The notes: a model not told the origin generated them from the sequence alone. Positions 32,625 to 41,128 are shown, counted from the stretch's first letter. The stretch is 64,000 bases of DNA from an uncultured Sphingomonadales bacterium (GCA_903868245.1 CAIPUN010000083.1:3385-67384), one strand, 5' to 3'. Numbers and translations: made by a program.

Positions 32625-33989
32625 ATGTCAAAGACACTGAAATTTTTGGGCGCGGCGGGGGCGACACTGTTCGCCGCCTTGCCTGCCTTTGCGCAGGAGG
32701 TCGCGGTTGAAGCCGTCGCTGTTGCGACAGAATCGGCCGCTCCGGTTGCCGATAAAGGCGATACTGCATGGATGATGATTTCGACCGTGTTGGTCATGCT
32801 AATGATCATCCCTGGACTTGCGTTATTCTATGGCGGCTTAGTGCGCGGGAAGAATATGCTTTCGGTGCTAACCCACGTGCTGGGCGCAGCATCGCTCGCC
32901 ATGATCATATGGGTGATGTACGGTTATGGCCTCGCTTTTGGCGGTGATGCTAACCAATTCATCTCAAATGGTAAGTTTATGCTGGCTGGAGTCACGGCAG
33001 ATTCGACTGTTGCAACGTTCACCGACGGCGTTGTTATTCCGGAATATGTATTCATTGCTTTTCAGATGACTTTTGCCGCTATTACGCTGGCACTTGTTGT
33101 CGGCGGTCTGGTTGAACGCATGAAATTCTCGGCGATGATGGCCTTTGGCGTTATTTGGCTTACCATCGTTTACTTCCCCATCGCCCACATGGTTTGGTAT
33201 TTGGGGGCTGACGACGCATCGACTGGACTGCTGTTTGGCTGGGGCGCGCTTGATTTTGCTGGCGGCACCGTTGTGCACATAAACGCCGGTGTTTCCGCAC
33301 TTGTTGGTTCCATTATCCTAGGTAAGCGCCTTGGCTATCAAAAAGAAATCATGACCCCGCATTCCTTGCCCATGACACTCATCGGCACGGGCCTTTTGTG
33401 GGTGGGCTGGTTCGGTTTCAATGCCGGCTCGGCGCTTGAGGCCAATGGCGCTGCCGGACTTGCGATGATCAACACATTTGTTGCGACCGCCGCCGGTGTT
33501 CTCTTCTGGATGCTCACCGAGCGCGCTTTAGGGCACAAAGGCTCGATGCTCGGCGCCTGTTCGGGTGCTATTGCAGGATTGGTTGCCGTGACCCCTGCCG
33601 CAGGTAACGCGGGTCCATTTGGTGCGATTTTGCTTGGTGCCATTGCGGCTGCTTTCTGCTGCGTCTTCGTGATGAAGATAAAAGCCAAACTCGGCGTCGA
33701 TGACTCGCTGGACGCTTTTGGCATTCACGGTGTTGGCGGTATTATCGGCTCGGTTGGTACGGCCTTCACAATGCTTCCCATTTTGGGTGGTCCTGGTGCC
33801 GAAGATTACACTTTAGCTGCCCAATTGTGGATCCAAATTAAGGCAGTGCTGGTCGCTATCGCATGGGCAGCAATCGGTTCGGCCATTGCTTTCTACCTCG
33901 TCAAATTCACACTCGGACTTCGGGTTACTGAAGAGGTCGAGCGCGAAGGCCTCGACCTCGGTGAACATGGCGAGCGTGCCTATAACTAA
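32625..33989 (+). CDS. amtB: Ammonium transporter
   Basis: Signal peptide; LALFYGGLVR, FQMTFA, DFAGGTVVH, LWVGWFGFNAGS, DDSLDAFGIHG. Confidence 0.98.
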   Translation: MSKTLKFLGAAGATLFAALPAFAQEVAVEAVAVATESAAPVADKGDTAWMMISTVLVMLMIIPGLALFYGGLVRGKNMLSVLTHVLGAASLAMIIWVMYGYGLAFGGDANQFISNGKFMLAGVTADSTVATFTDGVVIPEYVFIAFQMTFAAITLALVVGGLVERMKFSAMMAFGVIWLTIVYFPIAHMVWYLGADDASTGLLFGWGALDFAGGTVVHINAGVSALVGSIILGKRLGYQKEIMTPHSLPMTLIGTGLLWVGWFGFNAGSALEANGAAGLAMINTFVATAAGVLFWMLTERALGHKGSMLGACSGAIAGLVAVTPAAGNAGPFGAILLGAIAAAFCCVFVMKIKAKLGVDDSLDAFGIHGVGGIIGSVGTAFTMLPILGGPGAEDYTLAAQLWIQIKAVLVAIAWAAIGSAIAFYLVKFTLGLRVTEEVEREGLDLGEHGERAYN

Positions 33990-34059
33990 TCGGGCGTGCG
34001 GCGGAAAAGTGGGAACCGGTTTTTCGCTTCGTCCGCACGATCCACCTAAAGATTTACGA

Positions 34060-34170
34060 CTTGGCGGCGGGGCATTTTCTCCTCTCCCTTAATGCCCCGC
34101 CCCCTCCCGATGTTCCTCCCGCGAACATCCAACTTACGGCCCGGACCCGATATGGTTCGGGCCTTTTTTT
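34060..34170 (+). ncRNA. Candidate multi-hairpin anti-SD sRNA (cuckoo-like) ending in an intrinsic terminator
   Basis: 11-bp stem with loop TTCTCCTCTCCCTT; linker CCCTCCC; 7-bp stem with loop CTCCCGC; 10-bp GC stem followed by T7. Confidence 0.68.
34138..34170 (+). terminator. Intrinsic terminator (first after amtB)
   Basis: GGCCCGGACC-CGATAT-GGTTCGGGCC-TTTTTTT. Confidence 0.88.
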
Positions 34171-34215
34171 GCGATGCGCGTCTGTGTGCGGGCTGTCATC
34201 CCCCCACTTCGTCCT

Positions 34216-34267
34216 CCTGAACTTGTTTGACCTGCGGTCATTTCATTCCAGGATAACAGGCGACGAT
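34216..34267 (+). repeat. 52-bp direct repeat, copy 1 (REP half with 20-nt insert)
   Basis: CCTGAACTTGTTT-GACCTGCGGTCATTTCATTC-CAGGATAACAGGCGACGAT. Confidence 0.92.
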
Positions 34268-34767
34268 GCGGAACTTAAAAAACCACTTTCCTACAAATAA
34301 CCATATAGGTTATCTGATTCGCGTCATGCAGGCCGCGGTCTAGAACGTGGGTCGGGATGATGGGAACGCTGGTGCGGGAACGCGCTGGCACGGCCGGCGC
34401 GAAAGGGTGTTTGCTTCTGCCTTATAAAAGGGCCTGTTGCATCAAGCTCTGAACAGCGCACAAAAGGCTGGGTGTAGCGGGCAACCGCCCCGTTCGTCAT
34501 GGACGGCCTTGGGGGCTTTAGGAACCTTCATCCCAAGGAAGCAGCCCAGCCAAGATAAAGGCGGCTCCTAGAATTAGACTGATGGAACAAACGAGCCTTA
34601 ATCAACCAACGCCATCAGCCGGAAGCAGCACCAGCGCTTCCGCGTCGGCCGTCCCCTTTTTTCTATGCGTGTAGACGCGCGCCAATTTTGTAGGAAATAA
34701 TGTTACATGTGTAGGAAATTATGGTGTTGGCTCCAACACCGTCACCCTGAGACACCTACAACGTTAC

Positions 34768-34819
34768 CCTGAACGTGTTTGACCTGCGGTCATTTCATTC
34801 CAGGATAACAGGCGACGAT
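34768..34819 (+). repeat. 52-bp direct repeat, copy 2
   Basis: Matches copy 1 at 51 of 52 positions (AACGTG vs AACTTG). Confidence 0.92.
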
Positions 34820-34853
34820 ATAGGTGGCGCGATGACGGCCGGCGTACTGCCGT

Positions 34854-35333
34854 TTAAGCGACCTTGGAATCGCTTGTGAGGATAAGGGGATCGCCATTCT
34901 TGCCGACATTCGCTGATGCGGCTGAACTGCTTTGCTTAGCCGTCGACTTGTGGCTGAACTTGCCTTCAATCTGGCCGCCGGGTGCAATGGTCAGGTTGCT
35001 ATAGATCACATCGCCTTTGACACGCGCAGAGGATTCAATGACCAAATCATTGGCCTCAATTGAACCTTCGACATGGCCCGAAAGCTTTGCTGATTCGGCG
35101 GTGACTTTGCCAATAATGATGCTGCCTTCGCCTTGCACCAGATTGCCGCAGGTCACGTCGCCATGGACCTTTCCGTCGATATGAAGGTCGACGCGCGCCG
35201 ACAGATTGCCGACGATTTCGACGTCGGATGCAATGATCGAGAATGTGTGACCGGAATTGTTGCGCACGCTCATATTATTCCTTTGCGGCAGAGTCGGCAC
35301 GGTTTCCGGCGACTGTTTGGACCTTGAGAACAT
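34854..35333 (-). CDS. Bactofilin (polymer-forming cytoskeletal protein)
   Basis: N-terminal MFSRSK; beta-helical core SII...IVGNL...LHIDGKVHGDVTC...IIGKV...GHVEGSI...VKGDV...IAPGG. Confidence 0.93.
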   Translation of the reverse strand: MFSRSKQSPETVPTLPQRNNMSVRNNSGHTFSIIASDVEIVGNLSARVDLHIDGKVHGDVTCGNLVQGEGSIIIGKVTAESAKLSGHVEGSIEANDLVIESSARVKGDVIYSNLTIAPGGQIEGKFSHKSTAKQSSSAASANVGKNGDPLILTSDSKVA

Positions 35334-36453
35334 CTGGATTTGCCTCCAAAAACTTACGTGGGTTAATCGCCTGACCGTTTAGGCGCACCTCGAAATGCAG
35401 ATGGCTGCCGGTCGACCGACCCGTGCTACCCATCCGTCCGATTTGAACGCCGCGTTCAACCATCTGACCCTGCCTGACATTTAAGCCCGACAAATGTGCA
35501 TAGCGTGTAACTAAGCCATTGGCATGTCTAATTTCGATCGTGTTGCCATAGCCGCCATTAAAGCCCGCCAACACGACCTTGCCTTTGGCTGCGGCAAGGA
35601 TGGGGGTGCCAACTGGGCCTTTAAAATCCAGACCAGCGTGCATCGCAGCGCCGCCCGTGAAGGGATCGCTGCGATAGCCAAAGCCGCTCGACATCATCAT
35701 CGAGGCTGCTGGCATTGCGGTGGGGATTGCGGCCAGAGCGCGTTCCATCGCGTCCATGCGGCCAAGCGCCGTGGCGAGTTTCAGGAAGCGCGGGTCGCGG
35801 ACATCCTTTTTACCTTTGCCGAAAAAGGGTTCGAACAGACCGCCCTGCGCATTGCGTGCTTGGCGGGCCAACACTTCGGGGTTGAGCCCGAATTGGCGGA
35901 TGGCGGCTTCTGCCTTCAATGTCCGGGCGTGCGCTACCTTCGTCATTTTTTCGGCGAACCGAATTTGCCGGGCCTCAACACGGACAAGGCCAGCGGCTTC
36001 GGGGACCATCGCGCTAATAGTCTTCACGGCCTTTTCTTCTTCGCGCCGCTCGGTTGATGGGGCAGGCGCTTGCGCTTCCGCCTCCGATAAATCACCCAGA
36101 TATTGGTCGCCCAGGCTTTCCAGCATTTCTTGCCGGCGTTCCAAATCCTTCGTCACTTCGTCGATAGAACCACGATAGCTGGCCACGCGCTCTTCGGCGG
36201 ATTCCACCTTTGCCTCTTGCTCGGTCAGCGCCAGGCGCTGTGCGCTGACGGTCATTTGATTGATGGCCATGCCAAAAGTGACCAATAACCAAACACCGAT
36301 CACGGACGCTAAGGTAAAAGCGGTGCGGCGTTGCAATTGCGCCGATATTTTCAAAAACCGGACTTGGCCATTGGCCCGCATGAAAAATTCGCGGTCAATA
36401 AACCATCCAGCTATCCGGTTTTTCCAACCAGACATTCTGATTTTTAGCGACAC
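35275..36453 (-). CDS. M23 endopeptidase with N-terminal TM and coiled coil (LmdC-like)
   Basis: TM segment, coiled coil, HAGLD, YAHL and GSHLHFE motifs; upstream of and overlapping the bactofilin gene. Confidence 0.92.
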   Translation of the reverse strand: MSLKIRMSGWKNRIAGWFIDREFFMRANGQVRFLKISAQLQRRTAFTLASVIGVWLLVTFGMAINQMTVSAQRLALTEQEAKVESAEERVASYRGSIDEVTKDLERRQEMLESLGDQYLGDLSEAEAQAPAPSTERREEEKAVKTISAMVPEAAGLVRVEARQIRFAEKMTKVAHARTLKAEAAIRQFGLNPEVLARQARNAQGGLFEPFFGKGKKDVRDPRFLKLATALGRMDAMERALAAIPTAMPAASMMMSSGFGYRSDPFTGGAAMHAGLDFKGPVGTPILAAAKGKVVLAGFNGGYGNTIEIRHANGLVTRYAHLSGLNVRQGQMVERGVQIGRMGSTGRSTGSHLHFEVRLNGQAINPRKFLEANPDVLKVQTVAGNRADSAAKE

Positions 36454-36507
36454 AAACCACCCCGTTATATTGGATGTCCGTATCTAGCAGAGGAGATGGG
36501 GCCCGGC

Positions 36508-36663
36508 GAATCAGCGAAAGCCGACTCGTGACGAGTCGGTTGAGTCGTGCGATGAGCTGTGGAAAACCCTCTCAAATGCCTCTCCAGATATGCCCGAATC
36601 GGCATTCATCATTCAATTTAAGTGCGTAAAATTACGTAAATTCAGATATATATGTGCGATTCG
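36508..36663. promoter_or_regulatory. Cluster of six GANTC (CcrM) sites between the M23 gene and proA
   Basis: GANTC at 36508, 36523, 36533, 36542, 36596 and 36658; each matches YGAKTCG on at least one strand. Confidence 0.7.
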
Positions 36664-36743
36664 TATTTGTTCCTAAGGCGATGCGCGCGAAAGGGGGACG
36701 ATCGCTTTCCCTTTTAGAGGCATTTCTCTACGAGTATCAGGCT

Positions 36744-37997
36744 ATGACAGACAGCAACAAATTGATGACCGAGCTTACGGCGAAGGCGCGCGCTGCGGCG
36801 CGACATTTGGCGGGCGTAACTGACGCGACAAAGGCGGCTGCGTTAACGTACGCGGCGCAGGCATTGCGCGATGGTATGGCAGATATCCTCGCGGCCAATA
36901 CCAAGGATGTGGGCGCAGCGGTTGCGGCCGGTATTTCGCCCGCAATGCTGGACCGACTGACGCTGGATGCAGCGCGCGTAACGGCGATGGCCTCTGCGGT
37001 CGAACAAGTCGCAACGCTGGACGATCCTGTTGGCAAAATCATTGACCGTAGCGAACGGCCCAATGGCCTTGTGATGCAGCGCGTCCGCGTGCCTGTCGGC
37101 GTGCTGGGTATTATTTATGAAAGCCGGCCCAATGTGACTGCAGATGCGGCGGCCTTGGGGTTGCGGTCGGGTAATGCGGTTATCCTGCGCGGCGGCAGCG
37201 AAGCGGTGCACAGCAATCACGCAATCCATGCTGCGATGGTGAAAGGTGCGACGCAGGCTGGCTTGCCTGCCGATAGTATTCAGCTTGTCCCGACGCAGGA
37301 CCGTGCATTGGTCGGCGATATGTTGCGCGCACAAGGGGCGATTGACATGATCATCCCGCGCGGCGGAAAATCGCTTGTGGCGCGCGTGCAGGACGAAGCC
37401 CGCGTACCCGTGCTCGCGCATCTGGACGGTATTTGCCATAGCTATGTGCACAAGGACGCCGATCCCGACATGGCGCAAGCGATTGTGGTCAACGCCAAAA
37501 TGCGGCGCACCGGTATTTGCGGCGCCACTGAAACCGTGTTGATTGATCAGGATTATCCTGCGCCTGCCGCTTTGATTGCCGCGCTACTTGATGCAGGTTG
37601 CGAAGTGCGGGCAGACGACGTGCTGATGGAGCTGGATGCGCGGACCGTCTCTGCCGATGCGCAAGATTGGGATACCGAATATCTCGACTCGGTCATTTCG
37701 GCTTGCGTTGTGTCCGGCCTAGATGAAGCCATGGCCCATATTGCCCGCCATGGATCGCACCATACCGACGCAATCATCACGCAGGATGCATCCGCCGCCG
37801 CCCGTTTCTTGGCAGAGGTCGACAGCGCGATTGTCATGCACAATGCCTCCACCCAATTTGCCGATGGCGGCGAATTTGGCTTGGGCGCAGAGATTGGCAT
37901 CGCGACAGGCCGCCTGCATGCCCGTGGCCCGGTCGCGCTGGAGGGGCTGACGACCTATAAATGGGTCGTGCGCGGACAGGGCCAGACGCGCCCTTGA
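36744..37997 (+). CDS. proA: Gamma-glutamyl phosphate reductase
   Basis: VPVGVLGIIYESRPNVT, LRGGSEA, IPRGG, GICGATE, NASTQFADG. Confidence 0.97.
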   Translation: MTDSNKLMTELTAKARAAARHLAGVTDATKAAALTYAAQALRDGMADILAANTKDVGAAVAAGISPAMLDRLTLDAARVTAMASAVEQVATLDDPVGKIIDRSERPNGLVMQRVRVPVGVLGIIYESRPNVTADAAALGLRSGNAVILRGGSEAVHSNHAIHAAMVKGATQAGLPADSIQLVPTQDRALVGDMLRAQGAIDMIIPRGGKSLVARVQDEARVPVLAHLDGICHSYVHKDADPDMAQAIVVNAKMRRTGICGATETVLIDQDYPAPAALIAALLDAGCEVRADDVLMELDARTVSADAQDWDTEYLDSVISACVVSGLDEAMAHIARHGSHHTDAIITQDASAAARFLAEVDSAIVMHNASTQFADGGEFGLGAEIGIATGRLHARGPVALEGLTTYKWVVRGQGQTRP

Positions 37998-38011
37998 AAA
38001 GAGACACGTCC

Positions 38012-38641
38012 TTGAAAACCATTGGACTCATGGGTGGATCATTCAATCCTGCGCATAAGGGGCACCGCGCGATCAGCCTGTTCGCGATGGATTCGCTTGG
38101 TCTCGATGAATTTTGGTGGATGGTCTCGCCAGGCAATCCGCTAAAGTCCAAAACGGACATGGCGCCCTTGCCCGCACGCATGGCATCGGCCAAGGCGCAG
38201 GCGCGGGGCACGCCGATTAAAGTCACTGCTATCGAGCGGGACCTTGGCACCGTTTATACTTCCGAAAGCTTACAAAAGCTGGTCGCCCGCTATCCCAAAA
38301 CCCGGTTCATCTGGATCATGGGAGCAGACAATTTGTTGCAATTTCACCACTGGCGGCGGTGGCGGGATATAGCGCGGTTGATGCCGATTGCAGTTATCTC
38401 CAGACCCGGCTATAAGGCTCAAGTCGTTGCGGGTCCCGCAATGGCCTGGTTCAGACGGTTTGTCCGGCGTCCGGAACAGCGTCATCACTGGACGAAATGG
38501 AGTACGCCAGCGCTTGTCTTTTTGCGCTTTCGTCCAGATCCGCGTTCGGCCACCGCTCTTCGGCGCGCTGACCCATATTGGTTTCACCGATATAAGGAAC
38601 TTGGAACGCGGGACGGCGTTACCCGAAATATTGTGCTTTAA
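38012..38641 (+). CDS. nadD: Nicotinate-nucleotide adenylyltransferase
   Basis: GGSFNPAHKGH, PGNPLK, MGADNL. TTG start at 38012 (alternative 37994). Confidence 0.93.
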   Translation: MKTIGLMGGSFNPAHKGHRAISLFAMDSLGLDEFWWMVSPGNPLKSKTDMAPLPARMASAKAQARGTPIKVTAIERDLGTVYTSESLQKLVARYPKTRFIWIMGADNLLQFHHWRRWRDIARLMPIAVISRPGYKAQVVAGPAMAWFRRFVRRPEQRHHWTKWSTPALVFLRFRPDPRSATALRRADPYWFHRYKELGTRDGVTRNIVL

Positions 38642-38650
38642 GGAGCCATC

Positions 38651-39049
38651 TTGATCGACACTGCTTCCGTTCCTGCGCCGACTGCAAAGTCCAAGGAACC
38701 CACATTGACCCCTGACGCGCTCCACGCGCTGGTTCTCCAATCGCTCGACGATGATCAAGCGCAAGAGGTGGTTACCATCCCGCTTGAAGGGAAAAGCAAC
38801 ATTGCCGACCATATGGTCGTCGCATCTGGCCGTTCGTCGCGCCAAGTTGCGTCCATGGCGCAGAAACTTGCCGAACGTATCAAAAAGGCTGGTCGTCATG
38901 CCCGTATTGAAGGTCTGCCATCGGCGGACTGGGTGTTGATTGATGCCGAAGATGTCATCGTGCATTTGTTCCGCCCCGAAGTCCGCAGCTTCTATAATCT
39001 GGAACGCATGTGGGCCTTTGGCGACGCGCCCGACGTCGCGTCACAATAA
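38651..39049 (+). CDS. rsfS: Ribosome silencing factor
   Basis: DDDQAQEVVTI, MVVASGRSSRQV, WVLID...VIVHLF...YNLERMW; RBS AAGGAG with TTG start. Confidence 0.95.
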   Translation: MIDTASVPAPTAKSKEPTLTPDALHALVLQSLDDDQAQEVVTIPLEGKSNIADHMVVASGRSSRQVASMAQKLAERIKKAGRHARIEGLPSADWVLIDAEDVIVHLFRPEVRSFYNLERMWAFGDAPDVASQ

Positions 39050-39073
39050 GATCGATTGCCCGCGCCGATGGCG

Positions 39074-39496
39074 ATGCGCCTGCACATCATCGCGCGCGGC
39101 AAAATTGGCCGTTCCCCGGAATCGGAACTGGTTGAGCGTTATTTGAAGCGGATTAGCTGGCCGACCAAGCATAGCGAACTGCCCGATAAGGGCGGAGACC
39201 TGCCCGCGTCGGATTCTCCCTACAAAACTATCATTTTGGATGAAAAGGGCGCGCAATTCAGCTCGGTTGAACTGGCGCGCTTGTTGGAACGCTGGCGTGA
39301 CGATGGCGTGCGCGAAGTGCGCTTTCTGATCGGTGCAGCCGACGGCTTTGATGATATAGCGCGCGCAGGCGCCGACCAGCTCATCGCCTTTGGCAAAGCG
39401 ACATGGCCGCATTTAATGGCGCGGGCGATGCTGGCCGAACAATTGTTCCGCGCGACATCGATTATTGCCAACCATCCTTATCATCGCGAGGGATGA
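39074..39496 (+). CDS. rlmH: 23S rRNA pseudouridine-1915 N3-methyltransferase
   Basis: LDEKG...SS, FLIGAADG, TWPHLMARAMLAEQLFRA, HPYHR. Confidence 0.95.
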   Translation: MRLHIIARGKIGRSPESELVERYLKRISWPTKHSELPDKGGDLPASDSPYKTIILDEKGAQFSSVELARLLERWRDDGVREVRFLIGAADGFDDIARAGADQLIAFGKATWPHLMARAMLAEQLFRATSIIANHPYHREG

Positions 39497-39566
39497 CGGC
39501 CTTGCGCGTTGCAAAGCTGCTTTCACACGGGGTTAAGGCGCGATATAGCAGCGACAATAAGATGAA

Positions 39567-40946
39567 ATGGAAATGTTTATGAAGAACCGTTTGCTGCTCG
39601 CCACCTTTGCCATTGGCGCGGCAATAGCCGTGCCTGGTACAGTGCTCGTTGCGCAAAATATGCAGCAACAACAATATCAGGCACAGCAGATTGAAGATCT
39701 TGACGAATTCCTTGCTGTCTACCGCAAGGTCAAATCCAGCTATGTCGACAAGGTCGATGACAAAAAATTGATGGAAGGCGCAATTCAGGGGATGCTGTCC
39801 AGCCTTGATCCGCATAGCGGTTTTCTGGATCGTTCTGACTTCAATTCGCTGCGGACGCAAATTGATGGTGAATATGGCGGTCTTGGGCTTTCGGTGACGC
39901 TTGAGGATGAAGCGGTGAAAGTCATCGCGCCGACCAAGGATACGCCCGCCGACAAAGCAGGTATCAAATCCGGCGACTTCATTACCCATCTGGACGGCAA
40001 GCTGATTGTCGGCGGCACCTTGGATGAAGCGGTTGAGGCCATGCGCGGCGCGCCGGGCACAAAGATTAAGCTCACAATTTTCCGCCCCGGTCGCGATGGG
40101 CCATTTGACGTCACGCTGACACGTGCGATTATCGATCTGAAACCCGTGCAATGGGAAGTGAAAAACCGCATCGGCATTATCTCTGTCACGGGCTTTTCCG
40201 AACAGACAGGTGCTGACGTTGTTGCTGCGGTCGCGGGCATCAAGAAGAGTTTGAGCGGCAATCCGCTGGGATATATTATCGACCTGCGCTCCAACCCGGG
40301 CGGCATATTGGATGAGGCGGTTGTCGTATCCGATGCGTTTTTGACGAAGGGGGAGATTGTGTCCGAACGGGGCCGCGACCCCCGCAATGTGGACCGCTGG
40401 TGGGCCGAACGTGCCGTTCCCGGTGACGTGACGGGCGGCGCCCCGATCATTGTGTTGGTGGATGCCGGGTCGGCTTCAGCCTCTGAAATTGTCGCGGGTG
40501 CCTTGCAAGACCATCATCGCGGCCTCGTGATGGGGGAACGCAGCTTTGGTAAGGGATCGGTGCAGAACGTCCTGCCCCTGACACGTGACACGGGCTTACG
40601 CCTGACGGTCGCGCGTTACCATTTACCATCAGGCCGTTCGGTGCAGGAAGGCGGTATCAAGCCCGATATTCGCGTGCCGCAGTTGACGGATCCGGATTAT
40701 AAAAGCCGCGTTTCGATCCGCGAATCCGATCTGCGCCGTCATTTGGTTAATGAATTGAAAGACAATAATAAGGATCTGGAACAAGACATCACGGACGATC
40801 CACGCTTTGCCATGACTGCTGAGCAGTTGAAGGCAAAGGGCATAGAGGATTTCCAGTTATATTATGCTATGGAAACGCTGCAACGGCTTGGCCCCCGGAC
40901 GATGAAACTGGCGGCAAAGCCCATGAAGGGCAAAGCTAAGAATTGA
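39567..40946 (+). CDS. ctpA: C-terminal processing protease (S41A)
   Basis: Signal peptide, PDZ domain (GGLGLSV), DLRSNPGG, SASASEIVAGALQD, GKGSVQ. Exact start ambiguous (three nearby ATGs). Confidence 0.93.
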   Translation: MEMFMKNRLLLATFAIGAAIAVPGTVLVAQNMQQQQYQAQQIEDLDEFLAVYRKVKSSYVDKVDDKKLMEGAIQGMLSSLDPHSGFLDRSDFNSLRTQIDGEYGGLGLSVTLEDEAVKVIAPTKDTPADKAGIKSGDFITHLDGKLIVGGTLDEAVEAMRGAPGTKIKLTIFRPGRDGPFDVTLTRAIIDLKPVQWEVKNRIGIISVTGFSEQTGADVVAAVAGIKKSLSGNPLGYIIDLRSNPGGILDEAVVVSDAFLTKGEIVSERGRDPRNVDRWWAERAVPGDVTGGAPIIVLVDAGSASASEIVAGALQDHHRGLVMGERSFGKGSVQNVLPLTRDTGLRLTVARYHLPSGRSVQEGGIKPDIRVPQLTDPDYKSRVSIRESDLRRHLVNELKDNNKDLEQDITDDPRFAMTAEQLKAKGIEDFQLYYAMETLQRLGPRTMKLAAKPMKGKAKN

Positions 40947-40965
40947 GGGTGCTTCCCTCTTTCTT

Positions 40966-41054
40966 CGTCATCCTGAACTTGTTTCAGGATCCATCGTGCA
41001 GCAAACCCATAACGTGAATGCCGAAATGGACCCTGAACCAAGTTCAGGGTGACG
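40966..41054. repeat. CGTC-type REPIN, 89-bp class
   Basis: CGTCATCCTGAACTTGTTTCAGGAT, 39-nt spacer, ACCCTGAACCAAGTTCAGGGTGACG. The spacer shares GTGCAGCAAA and CGAAATGG with the 23673 copy. Confidence 0.9.
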
Positions 41055-41128
41055 GTTTGGGGAAGAGTAGCACCGTAAAGTCACTTACAACTTGCTTCAG
41101 CATAACAGTTCTCTAGGGTTCACCGCAT

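Noticed and set aside
34600-34685. Minus-strand peptide LARVYTHRKKGTADAEAL, faintly like the GIY-YIG LARRVYxHRxG helix
   Set aside because: There is no upstream YIG motif, spacing to downstream motifs is wrong, and a stop follows. It is too short to distinguish from chance without BLASTX/HMMER.
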